NCBI GenBank assembly: GCA_043765375.1
Contig: JAYUJH010000008.1
Coordinates: forward strand, 12,113 to 76,112
Length of the DNA stretch: 64,000 bases
Source: Alphaproteobacteria bacterium
Lineage (GTDB): Bacteria > Pseudomonadota > Alphaproteobacteria > Rickettsiales > UBA998
Direction of reading: 5' to 3'
The notes beneath the pieces are model-generated. The model was given only the letters and a program-made list of their open reading frames with translations. It made no database searches and was not told the origin of the DNA. Position 1 is the stretch's first letter, and each line of letters begins with the position of its first letter. Shown here one piece after another: positions 9,558 through 18,690 of this stretch. A program made the translations under genes and the position numbers.

Positions 9558-10499
9558 TTATTTCTCCAAACTCATCTTCCCAAGTGGGTGTTTTGTTTGC
9601 ACCAGTTTTTGCAAAGTATCACTTGGGATATGAGTATAAATCTGGGTGGTGGTGATGTTAACATGTCCAAGCAAAGTCTGAATGCTACGCAAATCTACGC
9701 CACGCTCCAGCAAATGGCTAGCAAATGAATGACGCAACGCATGAGGGTGAACCTTGTTTGCATCAACCCCCGCTTGCATCGCCGTTTTCTTAAGCAGTTT
9801 AGCAAACCCTTGGCGAGTAATATGCCCCCCTGCCCCATTTGAAGGAAATAAAAACGCCGTTTTTTGCATATCAATTTTGCTATGCTGCAAATGTTGTTGC
9901 AACGCCAGCCATGCCACATGATGCAACGGCACCAGCCTTTCTTTATTGCCCTTGCCAAGCACCGTTAATAACATTTGTTTGGGTGCATTAACATCACCTA
10001 TATTATTATTTGAAGTATTATTATTTAAGGCTCGTAAATTATTAGTTTTTAAGCTAACTAATTCTGAAATCCGAAGCCCGCCCGCATATAAAATATTTAA
10101 CATCGCATATATTCGTATGGCTGAAGCAGTTTGTTTGGTGGTGATTTCTGCCATAATCATTTTAATTTCTGTTGCACTCAAAACATCTGGCAATGTGCGC
10201 CTTTGCTTTGGTGCATTAAGTTGCTTGGTTGGATTATCAGGTCGTATTTCCTCCACATAAAGATAAGCGCATAATTGCTTAACGCTGCTTAATTTCCTTG
10301 CAATCGTTGAAGCTGCAAACATACCCGCCATGGATTTTATCCATGTTTCAATATGCGCCCGCTCAAAATTGTTCGCATCAATATGCTGGGGCAGTGAGGC
10401 AAAAAAATCGCATAAATCTCGCTGATAAGCCTCCGCCGTATTGCGAGATATACCCTTTTGTGCTGTTTGTTCTATGATGAAATCTTCAATTAAGTGCAT
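9558..10499 (-). CDS. xerD: site-specific tyrosine recombinase XerD (XerC/XerD family)
   Basis: HPHALRHSFASHLLERGVDLRSIQTLLGHVNITTTQIYTH catalytic region. N-terminal SRNTAEAYQRDL resembles XerD. Contains an Asn-rich insertion (NNNTSNNNIGD). Confidence 0.8.
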   Translation of the reverse strand: MHLIEDFIIEQTAQKGISRNTAEAYQRDLCDFFASLPQHIDANNFERAHIETWIKSMAGMFAASTIARKLSSVKQLCAYLYVEEIRPDNPTKQLNAPKQRRTLPDVLSATEIKMIMAEITTKQTASAIRIYAMLNILYAGGLRISELVSLKTNNLRALNNNTSNNNIGDVNAPKQMLLTVLGKGNKERLVPLHHVAWLALQQHLQHSKIDMQKTAFLFPSNGAGGHITRQGFAKLLKKTAMQAGVDANKVHPHALRHSFASHLLERGVDLRSIQTLLGHVNITTTQIYTHIPSDTLQKLVQTKHPLGKMSLEK

Positions 10500-10678
10500 T
10501 ATGTATCAACCAATTATTATGTTTAATTTACGCATTTACTGCTTTCATAAAAACAGAAAAAATATATCATAAAAACCACTTTGCAAATTGTTACAATTAT
10601 GTTACAACGTTCTTTCAGAATTAAATGTGCAATAAATACACTTCCAACAAATATAATGAATGAATATAGAAATTAAAT

Positions 10679-10966
10679 ATGATAATTTTTAATATTATTA
10701 ATGTCAAATATATCAATATCGCATATTCCATTGCGCTCGTTGTGTTATGCGCGTCAATGCTTTGCGCCTGTGGGTCAGGGTCTGATGAAGCGATGTGGAA
10801 TAGCTATGATTATCGTTACGCAGCACCTTCAATTGATAGCAATGATTCATATTATAGCCCCCCACAAGGATATGGCGCAACCAGCGTTGGTGGTTATCAG
10901 GATAATGATTCATCATATAATGCACCAAAAACTTGCGCTCCCAACAGCCCTGACGCTTGTTATTAG
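10679..10966 (+). CDS. putative lipoprotein, Tyr/Ser/Asp-rich
   Basis: 95 aa with lipobox-like LCASMLCAC-GS after a hydrophobic segment. Chosen over the overlapping alternative frames at 10701(+) and 10713(-). Confidence 0.45.
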   Translation: MIIFNIINVKYINIAYSIALVVLCASMLCACGSGSDEAMWNSYDYRYAAPSIDSNDSYYSPPQGYGATSVGGYQDNDSSYNAPKTCAPNSPDACY

Positions 10967-11077
10967 AGAGTTTCACTTTAGGGCTTAATTGTGATAAAAC
11001 TTGCAAATATTGAACTCACATGTTAATTTGAGCGTCAGAATAAATATCCCTAATTTAGGAAATATTACCAGTTTAAT

Positions 11078-11905
11078 ATGAATAAACAGCAAGCCCTCAT
11101 TAACATGATACATAATAAATATGAGCAAATCATTGCTATTGAGCAACGCTTCTCGGTGCTTGGAGTTGATGGCGATTATCGTTGCCGCATTGAGCATTAT
11201 CATGATGCAATCAGATGCTTGAATCATGATAATGGGCTAGAGAGAAACTCACGTTTGGCGGCAGAAAAACTGGCTGATGATGTTGAAATGTTGCGCCAAA
11301 TCACGACTCGTCCGTTTATTGTGGGCAGAGGAGAGCAGCATTTATCTGTTGGTAATGAGCTAACATTGGGGGAAGATGCTGGGCGAGAATTGCGCCCTGA
11401 TGCAAATGTCAAACGCAATTTAACCGCAATTTACCGTGATTATACCGTGTTTTTCATAGCGTTAATGATTGAAAAAGCTGAAGATAATATTAATGCTCGC
11501 AATGAAGAAAATGATGTTTTGGTGCAAGATTGCTACCGACTAGAGCAAGTTTTGGCGGCGTTAGATGCGGGCAAAGTAGATTTGCAGGCAGTTGCAAAAG
11601 CCGCTAATATGATGGAAAATGATGGATTACGACAAAAAATCATTGCGATGTTATCACAAAATGCGCCATCATCTGCGGAAATTAAAAACTCCATCTCCGC
11701 ATTGCAAAATGTTCGCCGCAGCTTGAATGATGAACGCAAAAACCTTGATGCAGCGGGAATGAGATTGGCATCTTCACAATTAATGGTTTATGAAGGGGCA
11801 AAAGATGTGGTCAAACAATTAATGCAAGGAGGGGTGAATATTGTGGGCAAACATACGGAATCTGCCGTTCAACCACCACAAACAAGCAAAGATCGTGGGA
11901 TTTAA
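11078..11905 (+). CDS. hypothetical protein (helical, no signal peptide)
   Basis: 275-aa ORF with clean flanks. No motif recognised. Confidence 0.5.
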   Translation: MNKQQALINMIHNKYEQIIAIEQRFSVLGVDGDYRCRIEHYHDAIRCLNHDNGLERNSRLAAEKLADDVEMLRQITTRPFIVGRGEQHLSVGNELTLGEDAGRELRPDANVKRNLTAIYRDYTVFFIALMIEKAEDNINARNEENDVLVQDCYRLEQVLAALDAGKVDLQAVAKAANMMENDGLRQKIIAMLSQNAPSSAEIKNSISALQNVRRSLNDERKNLDAAGMRLASSQLMVYEGAKDVVKQLMQGGVNIVGKHTESAVQPPQTSKDRGI

Positions 11906-11969
11906 GTAATTGCAAGATTTAAGAGATTAAGCTATTAATATTATTTAACACAAAACCAACATAATAATC

Positions 11970-12314
11970 ATGTTTGAACAAAAAGATACATTAATAATCT
12001 CCAAACAAGCCTTTATGCAGCGAATGCTTGGCTCTGGGTTCATTACATTAATCATGTTTTCAGGGTCACTATTGCTTGGTATTGTTGGGTATAGTTATTT
12101 TGAAAATATGAATTGGATTGATGGTTTGCTAAATGCTTCTATGATTTTGGGAGGAATGGGGCCTGTTGATGTGCTAAAAACTAACGGAGGCAAGATTTTT
12201 GCATCATTATATGCGATTTACAGCAGTGTATTTTTAATTATATGTGGAGGCGTGCTGATGGTGCCAATTTTTCATCGTATTTTACATCATTTTCATTCTG
12301 ATGGTGAAAATTAG
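11970..12314 (+). CDS. small 2-TM membrane protein with pore-loop-like segment
   Basis: 114 aa with TM1, then NWIDGLLNASMILGGMGPVD, then TM2. The layout is reminiscent of minimal ion-channel pore modules, but the selectivity-filter motif is degenerate. Confidence 0.45.
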   Translation: MFEQKDTLIISKQAFMQRMLGSGFITLIMFSGSLLLGIVGYSYFENMNWIDGLLNASMILGGMGPVDVLKTNGGKIFASLYAIYSSVFLIICGGVLMVPIFHRILHHFHSDGEN

Positions 12315-12358
12315 ATTATAGTGAAAACAACAATTGTAATAATAATTAAGGGAAAATC

Positions 12359-12814
12359 ATGAAACTTACTGATATAGAAATTGCACAAATTGAAAAGTTC
12401 AGGTTCTTAAATCCTGCGCAAAGCATACCATCATATGAACATAAGTGTAGTTTCGGTGATAAAATGGCTGATAATATCAGTTCTTTAGTTGGATCATGGC
12501 ATTTTTTGATTGTCCAAAGCACATTATTATTATTGTGGCTTGCCCTAAATATCACTGCTTATGTTGAACATTGGGATCCGTATCCATTTATTTTGCTTAA
12601 TTTAGTTATGTCATTTCAAGCGGCTTACACTGCACCGATTATTATGATGAGCCAGAACCGAGAATCACAAATTGACCGTGCCAAACTGGAATATTATTAT
12701 AATGTGAACGTCAAGCAAGAATTGGAAATTGAATTATTGCATCAAAAAATGGAAGAAATGGAAATTGATAAATTGCACATCAAAATAGATCAATTATTGC
12801 TAAGATATATTTAG
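12359..12814 (+). CDS. DUF1003-family membrane protein
   Basis: DPYPFILLNLVMSFQAAYTAPIIMMSQNRESQIDR matches my memory of the DUF1003 signature. Confidence 0.7.
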   Translation: MKLTDIEIAQIEKFRFLNPAQSIPSYEHKCSFGDKMADNISSLVGSWHFLIVQSTLLLLWLALNITAYVEHWDPYPFILLNLVMSFQAAYTAPIIMMSQNRESQIDRAKLEYYYNVNVKQELEIELLHQKMEEMEIDKLHIKIDQLLLRYI

Positions 12815-12829
12815 CGACTAACCAAATAT

Positions 12830-13483
12830 ATGAAATTATTTTTGACTCAAATGCGTATTGATATCAGTTGTTTGCTGGACAATTCGGCGCAAATATTTGC
12901 ATTAATCGCAACTTCCATCACCATGTATTTATTATTACGTTTTGGCATTGAACCAGATGCAGAAGCTAAGATTTTACCTTCATTTTTGCTTGGAGCGATG
13001 ATATTAACATTGCTTTACGGCACTCATTCAACCTTTGTGGAGGATAATTCGCATGACCGCATAAGCGGTTGGCATAGTGCAAAACTCAGCATGGAGTGGA
13101 TAATTTTTAGCAGGTTTTTAGCGCATTTGCTTTGCTCGGCACTGCCGTTGATTATCTGTTTTTTTGCGCTTAATTTGCTAGAGGGAATTGCAATAAATCA
13201 AGCATTTACAATCGCTTATATTATGTTGCAAGTGGCAATTTTTGTAGTGGCGTGTGGAATGATGGCAGCAGCTTTGGGGGTGAGTTTTGCAGGCTCGGCG
13301 GCGTTGTCACATTTGCTTACTTTACCATTTTTGTTCAGTGTGGTGATTTTTGCGAGTGATGCAATGGTTAATGCTCAATCGTTAAATATAGCTTCAAATG
13401 CAATGATTGCGAGTGATTGGTTAATGCTTTCATGCGCAATATTCACACCGATTTCATGTTTTATTTGCGCAAAATTATTGTGA
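12830..13483 (+). CDS. ccmB: heme exporter permease CcmB-like
   Basis: 217-aa polytopic protein. The pattern F.ED..HDR....(L)..EW...R.LAH.L...LPLII and the later LLTLPF....IF resemble CcmB/HelB. No ccmA or ccmC adjacent. Confidence 0.5.
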   Translation: MKLFLTQMRIDISCLLDNSAQIFALIATSITMYLLLRFGIEPDAEAKILPSFLLGAMILTLLYGTHSTFVEDNSHDRISGWHSAKLSMEWIIFSRFLAHLLCSALPLIICFFALNLLEGIAINQAFTIAYIMLQVAIFVVACGMMAAALGVSFAGSAALSHLLTLPFLFSVVIFASDAMVNAQSLNIASNAMIASDWLMLSCAIFTPISCFICAKLL

Positions 13484-13514
13484 AGAAAAATTATTGCTAT
13501 GTTCATAATTTGTT

Positions 13515-13534
13515 ATTCCAGCGGAGGCTGGAAT
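13515..13534 (+). repeat. small palindromic REP variant (ATTCCAGCGGAGGCTGGAAT, followed by CCATAAAACC)
   Basis: Same loop (GGAG) and flank (CCATAAAAC) as the other copies. The stem carries a compensatory T-A to... ATTCCAGC/GCTGGAAT change. Confidence 0.7.
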
Positions 13535-13619
13535 CCATAAAACCATATGTTATTTTGCTATATTTATGCTAAAGTTGCTTCAATATTCAATTGAAATGGT
13601 TAATTGTAAGTATTTTTTC

Positions 13620-13712
13620 AATAAAACTGGCGATGACCCAAAGGTTAGCCACTCTGGCTGCTTCCTTCCAGACCTGACCAACTAAGCAACGCCTCTGCCC
13701 ACCACCAGCAAA
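13620..13712 (-). ncRNA. ffs: signal recognition particle RNA (4.5S RNA)
   Basis: The minus strand reads GCUGGUGGUGGGCAGAGGCGUUGCUUAGUUGGUCAGGUCUGGAAGGAAGCAGCCAGAGUGGCUAACCUUUGGGUCAUCGCCAG. It contains the conserved domain IV motif GGUCAGGUC(U/C)GGAAGGAAGCAGCC. The 5' CUGGUGGUGGG pairs with the 3' CCCAUCGCCAG-type end, and a U-run follows. Confidence 0.8.
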
Positions 13713-13861
13713 AATATTACTGCCATAAAACGACAAAATATTCAAGCATTATAATCGCTCAAATACTATGTTTTTTGTATCATTGCATTGTTTATAATGA
13801 TATTAATTAGTCTATAATAACAATAAAATAATTCTAATATAAACCCCACAATAAAAAAACC

Positions 13862-16150
13862 ATGTTGACATTATCACCTTCATCTTTTTTTGGATTAAAA
13901 AATAATCGTAAAAATGCAAGTTACGCTGGAATATTGTGTATGTGCGTTGCATTGTTTTTGTGCATTGCCTTGCTTTCACATCATAGCGGTGACCCGTCGC
14001 TCAACCGCTCCACGGGTGCAAAAATTGCAAACTTAATGGGAACAAATGGTGCAATCATTTCAGATATATTATTGCAATTATTCGGGTTGGCGAGTGGATT
14101 ATTGGTGATAAACCTCGCCACATGGGGATATCGCTTAATTGTGGACGCTGCCTTAGGGTTTGTTGGGTTGCGAATATGTGCGCTAATTATCGCCATAATT
14201 TGCGGTTGCGCATTGCTGTATAATATCCCACCGCCCGCAAGCTGGGGCTTTGGTAGCGGGCTTGGTGGCAATGTTGGTATGTTAGTATCAACTGCGCTAT
14301 ATCAAGCATTTCCACCCATTATAGTGAATATAATCATGTGTTTATTATTCATTGCAGCAACCATATTTGCGCTTGCATTGCGAGTGGAGGAATGGAGTTA
14401 TCTTGGCGGTAACATCAAAAAAAGCGGTGGATATGTTAATTGCGCAGTGCGGTTTTTGCATAATATGGTTAAATCTGATTCGCTCACTTTGTCAGCAGAT
14501 GCAATCAGCACCAATCAAACCCCGCCCAGCAAAGAAACTAGCAAAGAAACTCGCACACCCAAAGAAAAAATCCAACGCAAGGTAATGCAGCAGCCAGCTA
14601 ACGCCGAGAGAATTAAGCAAGCATCGCTGGAGCTTGGCGTGCAAAAAGGTGATTATGAATTGCCATCATTATCATTGCTCTCAGATGCACCAAAAAGCAA
14701 AATTAATCATATTAACGAAGATTCCCTCAAGCAAAATGCCTCTATGCTGGAATCTGTGCTGCATGATTTTGGCGTGAAAGGCGAGATTATCAATATTCGC
14801 CCCGGCCCTGTGGTGACGTTATATGAGTTAGAGCCAGCAGCGGGGACAAAATCTTCACGGGTGATTGGTTTGGCTGATGATATTGCTCGCTCAATGAGTG
14901 CCATCTCAACCCGCATTGCTGTGATTGCGGGGCGTAATGCGCTTGGGATTGAGTTACCTAACAAAACCCGCCAAACGGTTTATTTGCGGGAGATTTTGGA
15001 GCATGAAGCATTCGCCAAAACCAAAGCGAACCTGCCTATGGCGTTGGGTAAAAATATTGGTGGTGACCCAATCGTAGTTGACCTTGCCAAAATGCCGCAT
15101 TTGCTGGTGGCTGGAACAACTGGATCTGGTAAATCCGTTGCAATCAACACGATGATTGCCTCATTATTATATCATCACAGTCCTGATACCTGCCGTTTCA
15201 TTATGATTGACCCGAAGATGCTGGAATTATCAGTATATAATGACATTCCGCATTTGCTCACCCCCGTGGTGACTGAACCTGCAAAAGCGGTGGTTGCATT
15301 GAAATGGACGGTGAAAGAAATGGAAAATCGTTACCGTATGATGGCAAATCTTGGCGTGCGCAACATTGAGGGCTATAACAACCGCATCAAAGATGCAGCC
15401 AAAGCTGGTGAGGCTTTAAGCCGTGAAGTGCAAACTGGATTTGATGAAAATGGTAGGCCAATTTTTGAGAAACAGGAACTAGACATGAATCCATTACCAT
15501 TTATTGTGGTGGTGGTTGATGAAATGGCGGATTTAATGTTGGTTGCGGGTAAGGATATTGAAGGCTCAATTCAACGCCTAGCGCAAATGGCGAGGGCTGC
15601 GGGAATCCATATTATTATGGCAACGCAACGCCCATCTGTTGATGTGATAACGGGGGTGATTAAAGCGAACTTCCCTACCCGCATCAGCTTTCAAGTGACT
15701 TCCAAAATTGATTCCCGCACTATTTTAGGCGAGCAAGGAGCGGAGCAATTGCTAGGGCAAGGTGATATGTTATATATGGCGGGTGGCGGGCGCATCATTC
15801 GGGTGCATGGACCATTTATGAAAGATGAAGAAGTTGAGTTAATGGTTAAGCACCTCAAAAGCCAAGGCACGCCAGAATATATTTCTGATGTTACAGTCAG
15901 CGAAGATGATTCCGAGATGTATGATGATGGCGAGGAAACGGAGGAGGATAAACGCTTATATGATATGGCGGTTTCAATCGTTACTCGTGACCGCAAGGCT
16001 TCAACTAGTTATGTGCAACGCTGCTTAAAAATTGGCTATAATCGTGCGGCTCGCCTGATTGAAAAAATGGAACGTGATGGTTTAATCTCAGCCGCCAACG
16101 CCACAGGCAAACGTGAGATTTTAATCCCCGAGAGAGGAAGCGATTATTGA
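13862..16150 (+). CDS. ftsK: DNA translocase FtsK
   Basis: 762 aa. N-terminal TM helices. Walker A HLLVAGTTGSGKSVAINTMI, Walker B IVVVVDEMADLM, ATQRPSVDVITG, and a C-terminal gamma wHTH (TSYVQRCLKIGYNRAARLIEKME). Confidence 0.95.
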   Translation: MLTLSPSSFFGLKNNRKNASYAGILCMCVALFLCIALLSHHSGDPSLNRSTGAKIANLMGTNGAIISDILLQLFGLASGLLVINLATWGYRLIVDAALGFVGLRICALIIAIICGCALLYNIPPPASWGFGSGLGGNVGMLVSTALYQAFPPIIVNIIMCLLFIAATIFALALRVEEWSYLGGNIKKSGGYVNCAVRFLHNMVKSDSLTLSADAISTNQTPPSKETSKETRTPKEKIQRKVMQQPANAERIKQASLELGVQKGDYELPSLSLLSDAPKSKINHINEDSLKQNASMLESVLHDFGVKGEIINIRPGPVVTLYELEPAAGTKSSRVIGLADDIARSMSAISTRIAVIAGRNALGIELPNKTRQTVYLREILEHEAFAKTKANLPMALGKNIGGDPIVVDLAKMPHLLVAGTTGSGKSVAINTMIASLLYHHSPDTCRFIMIDPKMLELSVYNDIPHLLTPVVTEPAKAVVALKWTVKEMENRYRMMANLGVRNIEGYNNRIKDAAKAGEALSREVQTGFDENGRPIFEKQELDMNPLPFIVVVVDEMADLMLVAGKDIEGSIQRLAQMARAAGIHIIMATQRPSVDVITGVIKANFPTRISFQVTSKIDSRTILGEQGAEQLLGQGDMLYMAGGGRIIRVHGPFMKDEEVELMVKHLKSQGTPEYISDVTVSEDDSEMYDDGEETEEDKRLYDMAVSIVTRDRKASTSYVQRCLKIGYNRAARLIEKMERDGLISAANATGKREILIPERGSDY

Positions 16151-16154
16151 TGTA

Positions 16155-16409
16155 TTATTTGGTTATACTACTGGTAAAATAAAATGATATAACCAGTGTT
16201 ACTAAAGAACAACCACCAATTTTGGTTAATTCAAAAACTTCTTTTAATGCAGGATTGGTTGGATACATACCATATGCTACAAACACAATTATGAAGATTG
16301 AGAACATTGCAAATAATATCTGCTTGGCAAACTTTAATCTATCTCTCTCATCTATTTTATTTGTCGTTGTTTTACTAGATTCATTAAACTCTTTATTGAT
16401 ATCTTCCAC
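16155..16409 (-). CDS. small 2-TM membrane protein, hypothetical
   Basis: 84 aa with two hydrophobic helices (ILFAMFSIFIIVFVAYGMY; IGGCSLVTLVISFYF). Confidence 0.4.
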   Translation of the reverse strand: MEDINKEFNESSKTTTNKIDERDRLKFAKQILFAMFSIFIIVFVAYGMYPTNPALKEVFELTKIGGCSLVTLVISFYFTSSITK

Positions 16410-16547
16410 GAACTAACCACCTTATATTTACGTTGAATTAACCATAGTATTGATGACTATACATATCAATATTATTTTATATTTTGATGTATTTATATAT
16501 AATAATGGTTATAAAGCAAACGCTTAGGTCGTTAATTTTTTGTTATA

Positions 16548-16760
16548 TTATATTCCGTTAATGGTGTTTATAATCTCTTTACTTCCATTTTTTTCACTAA
16601 TGACTCCAATGGAGAAACCATTTTGCTTGTTTCGTTCTGCAATTGAGAGTAAAGCGAAGGCTTTTTGCATAGTTTCACCCATGGTCATGCCATTGCGTTT
16701 CGCAATTTCACTGAGCCTATCGTTTATTTCTTCAGGAATATTAACAATTATTTTGTTCAT
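16548..16760 (-). CDS. ribbon-helix-helix (CopG/antitoxin-like) protein
   Basis: MNKIIVNIPEEINDRLSEIAKRNGMTMGETMQKAFALL is a classic RHH beta-alpha-alpha N-terminus. Start set at the internal ATG (cat 16758-16760) rather than the track start at 16796. Confidence 0.55.
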   Translation of the reverse strand: MNKIIVNIPEEINDRLSEIAKRNGMTMGETMQKAFALLSIAERNKQNGFSIGVISEKNGSKEIINTINGI

Positions 16761-16829
16761 ATAAATAATGATATAGAAAATCTTCCACAAATGCAATATC
16801 TAAAGTGCAATGATTGACATTATCAAAAA

Positions 16830-18038
16830 TCAAACACCAGCCAATCGCAACCGCAGCGCATTCAGTTTAATGAAACCCTCCGCATCACGTTGGTTATATA
16901 CATTATCTTCCTCAAATGTGACGTGGGCAGCGGAATATAGGCTTTTCGCCGAACGCCTCCCCTCCACAATTACATTACCTTTGTAAAGCGTTAAGCGAAC
17001 CTCGCCCTCCACATTTTTCTGTGACGCATCAATCAAAGTTTGCAGCATCACTCGCTCTGGCGAAAACCAATAACCATTATAAATCAACTCAGCGTAACGA
17101 GGCATTAACTCATCTTTCAAATGCGCTGCCCCTCGGTCAAGCGTGATAGATTCAATCGCTCGGTGGGCGTGCCATAACACCGTCCCGCCCGGAGTTTCAT
17201 AAACGCCACGAGATTTCATACCAACATAGCGATTTTCCACCAAATCCAACCGCCCAACCCCATGTTTGCCTCCAAGCGCATTGAGGCGTGCCAACAAATT
17301 GGCGGGGCTGAGGGCTTCACCATTCACCGCCACCGCATCACCGCCCGCAAACTCTATCGTGATAGTTTCGCCTTCATCAGGCGCATTACGAGGCGACACA
17401 GTCAAACGAAACATATCCTCCGCAGGCGCAACCCACGGGTCTTCCAAAGCCTTACCTTCATATGAAATATGCAACAAATTAGCGTCCATAGAATATGGTG
17501 CTTCCCCTTCCTTATCACGTGCAACTGGAATCTGATGTTGCTTAGCATATTCAATCAATTTGGTGCGGGAGTTCAAATCCCACTCACGCCACGGTGCAAT
17601 CACCTTAATATCAGGCTTCAACGCATAATATCCCAGCTCAAAACGCACCTGATCATTACCCTTGCCCGTTGCCCCATGTGAAACTGCATCAGCATTGGTT
17701 AGGCGAGCAATCTCAATTTGTCGTTTAGCAATTAACGGGCGGGCGATTGACGTTCCAAGCAAATATAGCCCTTCATAAATTGCATTGGCACGAAACATAG
17801 GATAAACATATTCACGCACAAACTCTTCACGCAAATCTTCAATAAAAATGTTTTGCGGGGCGATGCCTAGCAATTCTGCTTTGGCACGGGCGGGGGCTAA
17901 TTCTTCGCCCTGCCCCAAATCAGCTGTGAAAGTTATCACCTCGCACCCATATTCCTGCTGCAACCAGCGCAAAATCACCGAGGTATCCAACCCACCTGAA
18001 TATGCTAACACAATTTTTTTGATGTTTGTTTGTTTCAT
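16830..18038 (-). CDS. argG: argininosuccinate synthase
   Basis: N-terminal ATP motif [10 protein letters not shown], plus [15 protein letters not shown] and [22 protein letters not shown]. Confidence 0.95.
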   Translation of the reverse strand: MKQTNIKKIVLAYSGGLDTSVILRWLQQEYGCEVITFTADLGQGEELAPARAKAELLGIAPQNIFIEDLREEFVREYVYPMFRANAIYEGLYLLGTSIARPLIAKRQIEIARLTNADAVSHGATGKGNDQVRFELGYYALKPDIKVIAPWREWDLNSRTKLIEYAKQHQIPVARDKEGEAPYSMDANLLHISYEGKALEDPWVAPAEDMFRLTVSPRNAPDEGETITIEFAGGDAVAVNGEALSPANLLARLNALGGKHGVGRLDLVENRYVGMKSRGVYETPGGTVLWHAHRAIESITLDRGAAHLKDELMPRYAELIYNGYWFSPERVMLQTLIDASQKNVEGEVRLTLYKGNVIVEGRRSAKSLYSAAHVTFEEDNVYNQRDAEGFIKLNALRLRLAGV

Positions 18039-18205
18039 ATTTTTATCCTAATTTCCAATATCTTATACCTTAAATATATTATTTCTTAAATAAAATAATT
18101 ATTCCAATCAGCAAAATATTTTTTAATCAACTATTAACTTTTTAGTTGCAAAAAAAGAACAACTTGTTAAACTTGTAATTGTTCATTTTTTGAGGTCAGA
18201 TTTTC

Positions 18206-18610
18206 ATGACACAACAAGTTAAAATACAGCCCTCCGAACAGGGATACTGGGATTTTAATGGCTCGCTAACCCTAGCAGCCATCTATACAGAAGGAGATAG
18301 CTTTGCTATTTTCCATGGCGTTGCAGGGCAAATGGAACTTACAACTTGCTCTTGCAGTTCAGACGGAAGCCCTCTAACTGCCTCCATTTTGAAAAAAGGC
18401 ACCTTGCCTTCTGGAAAAACGGTGGTGTGGTATGAAGACAACCGTTTTGCTCTTTTCAACGAGCAAGATGAGTTTCTCTACTCCACTGGCTTCGCATTCA
18501 AGCCACGCACCCCCAGTGTGTGTGACGGTGACCATTGCGACGATGCACATGAGTGCATTGATGGTCAGGCTCATTTATTTGGCGGCGATAACATCACCTG
18601 CCTAAATTAA
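18206..18610 (+). CDS. hypothetical protein with Cys/His/Asp-rich C-terminus
   Basis: 134-aa ORF. Visibly more G+C and different codon choices than its neighbours. C-terminus is SVCDGDHCDDAHECIDGQAHLFGGDNITC. Confidence 0.45.
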   Translation: MTQQVKIQPSEQGYWDFNGSLTLAAIYTEGDSFAIFHGVAGQMELTTCSCSSDGSPLTASILKKGTLPSGKTVVWYEDNRFALFNEQDEFLYSTGFAFKPRTPSVCDGDHCDDAHECIDGQAHLFGGDNITCLN

Positions 18611-18690
18611 CGGACAATTAGCAACATTGAATTATTAGTTTAATTCTTTGTTGCTATTTTTTTCACAGAAACCACCTAATCCAAAACCAC

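Noticed and set aside
10701-11006. Alternative 95-aa (+) and 97-aa (-) ORFs overlapping the 10679 lipoprotein ORF
   Set aside because: Only the 10679 frame gives a hydrophobic leader plus a Cys lipobox. The others have His/Ile-rich nonsense-like composition.
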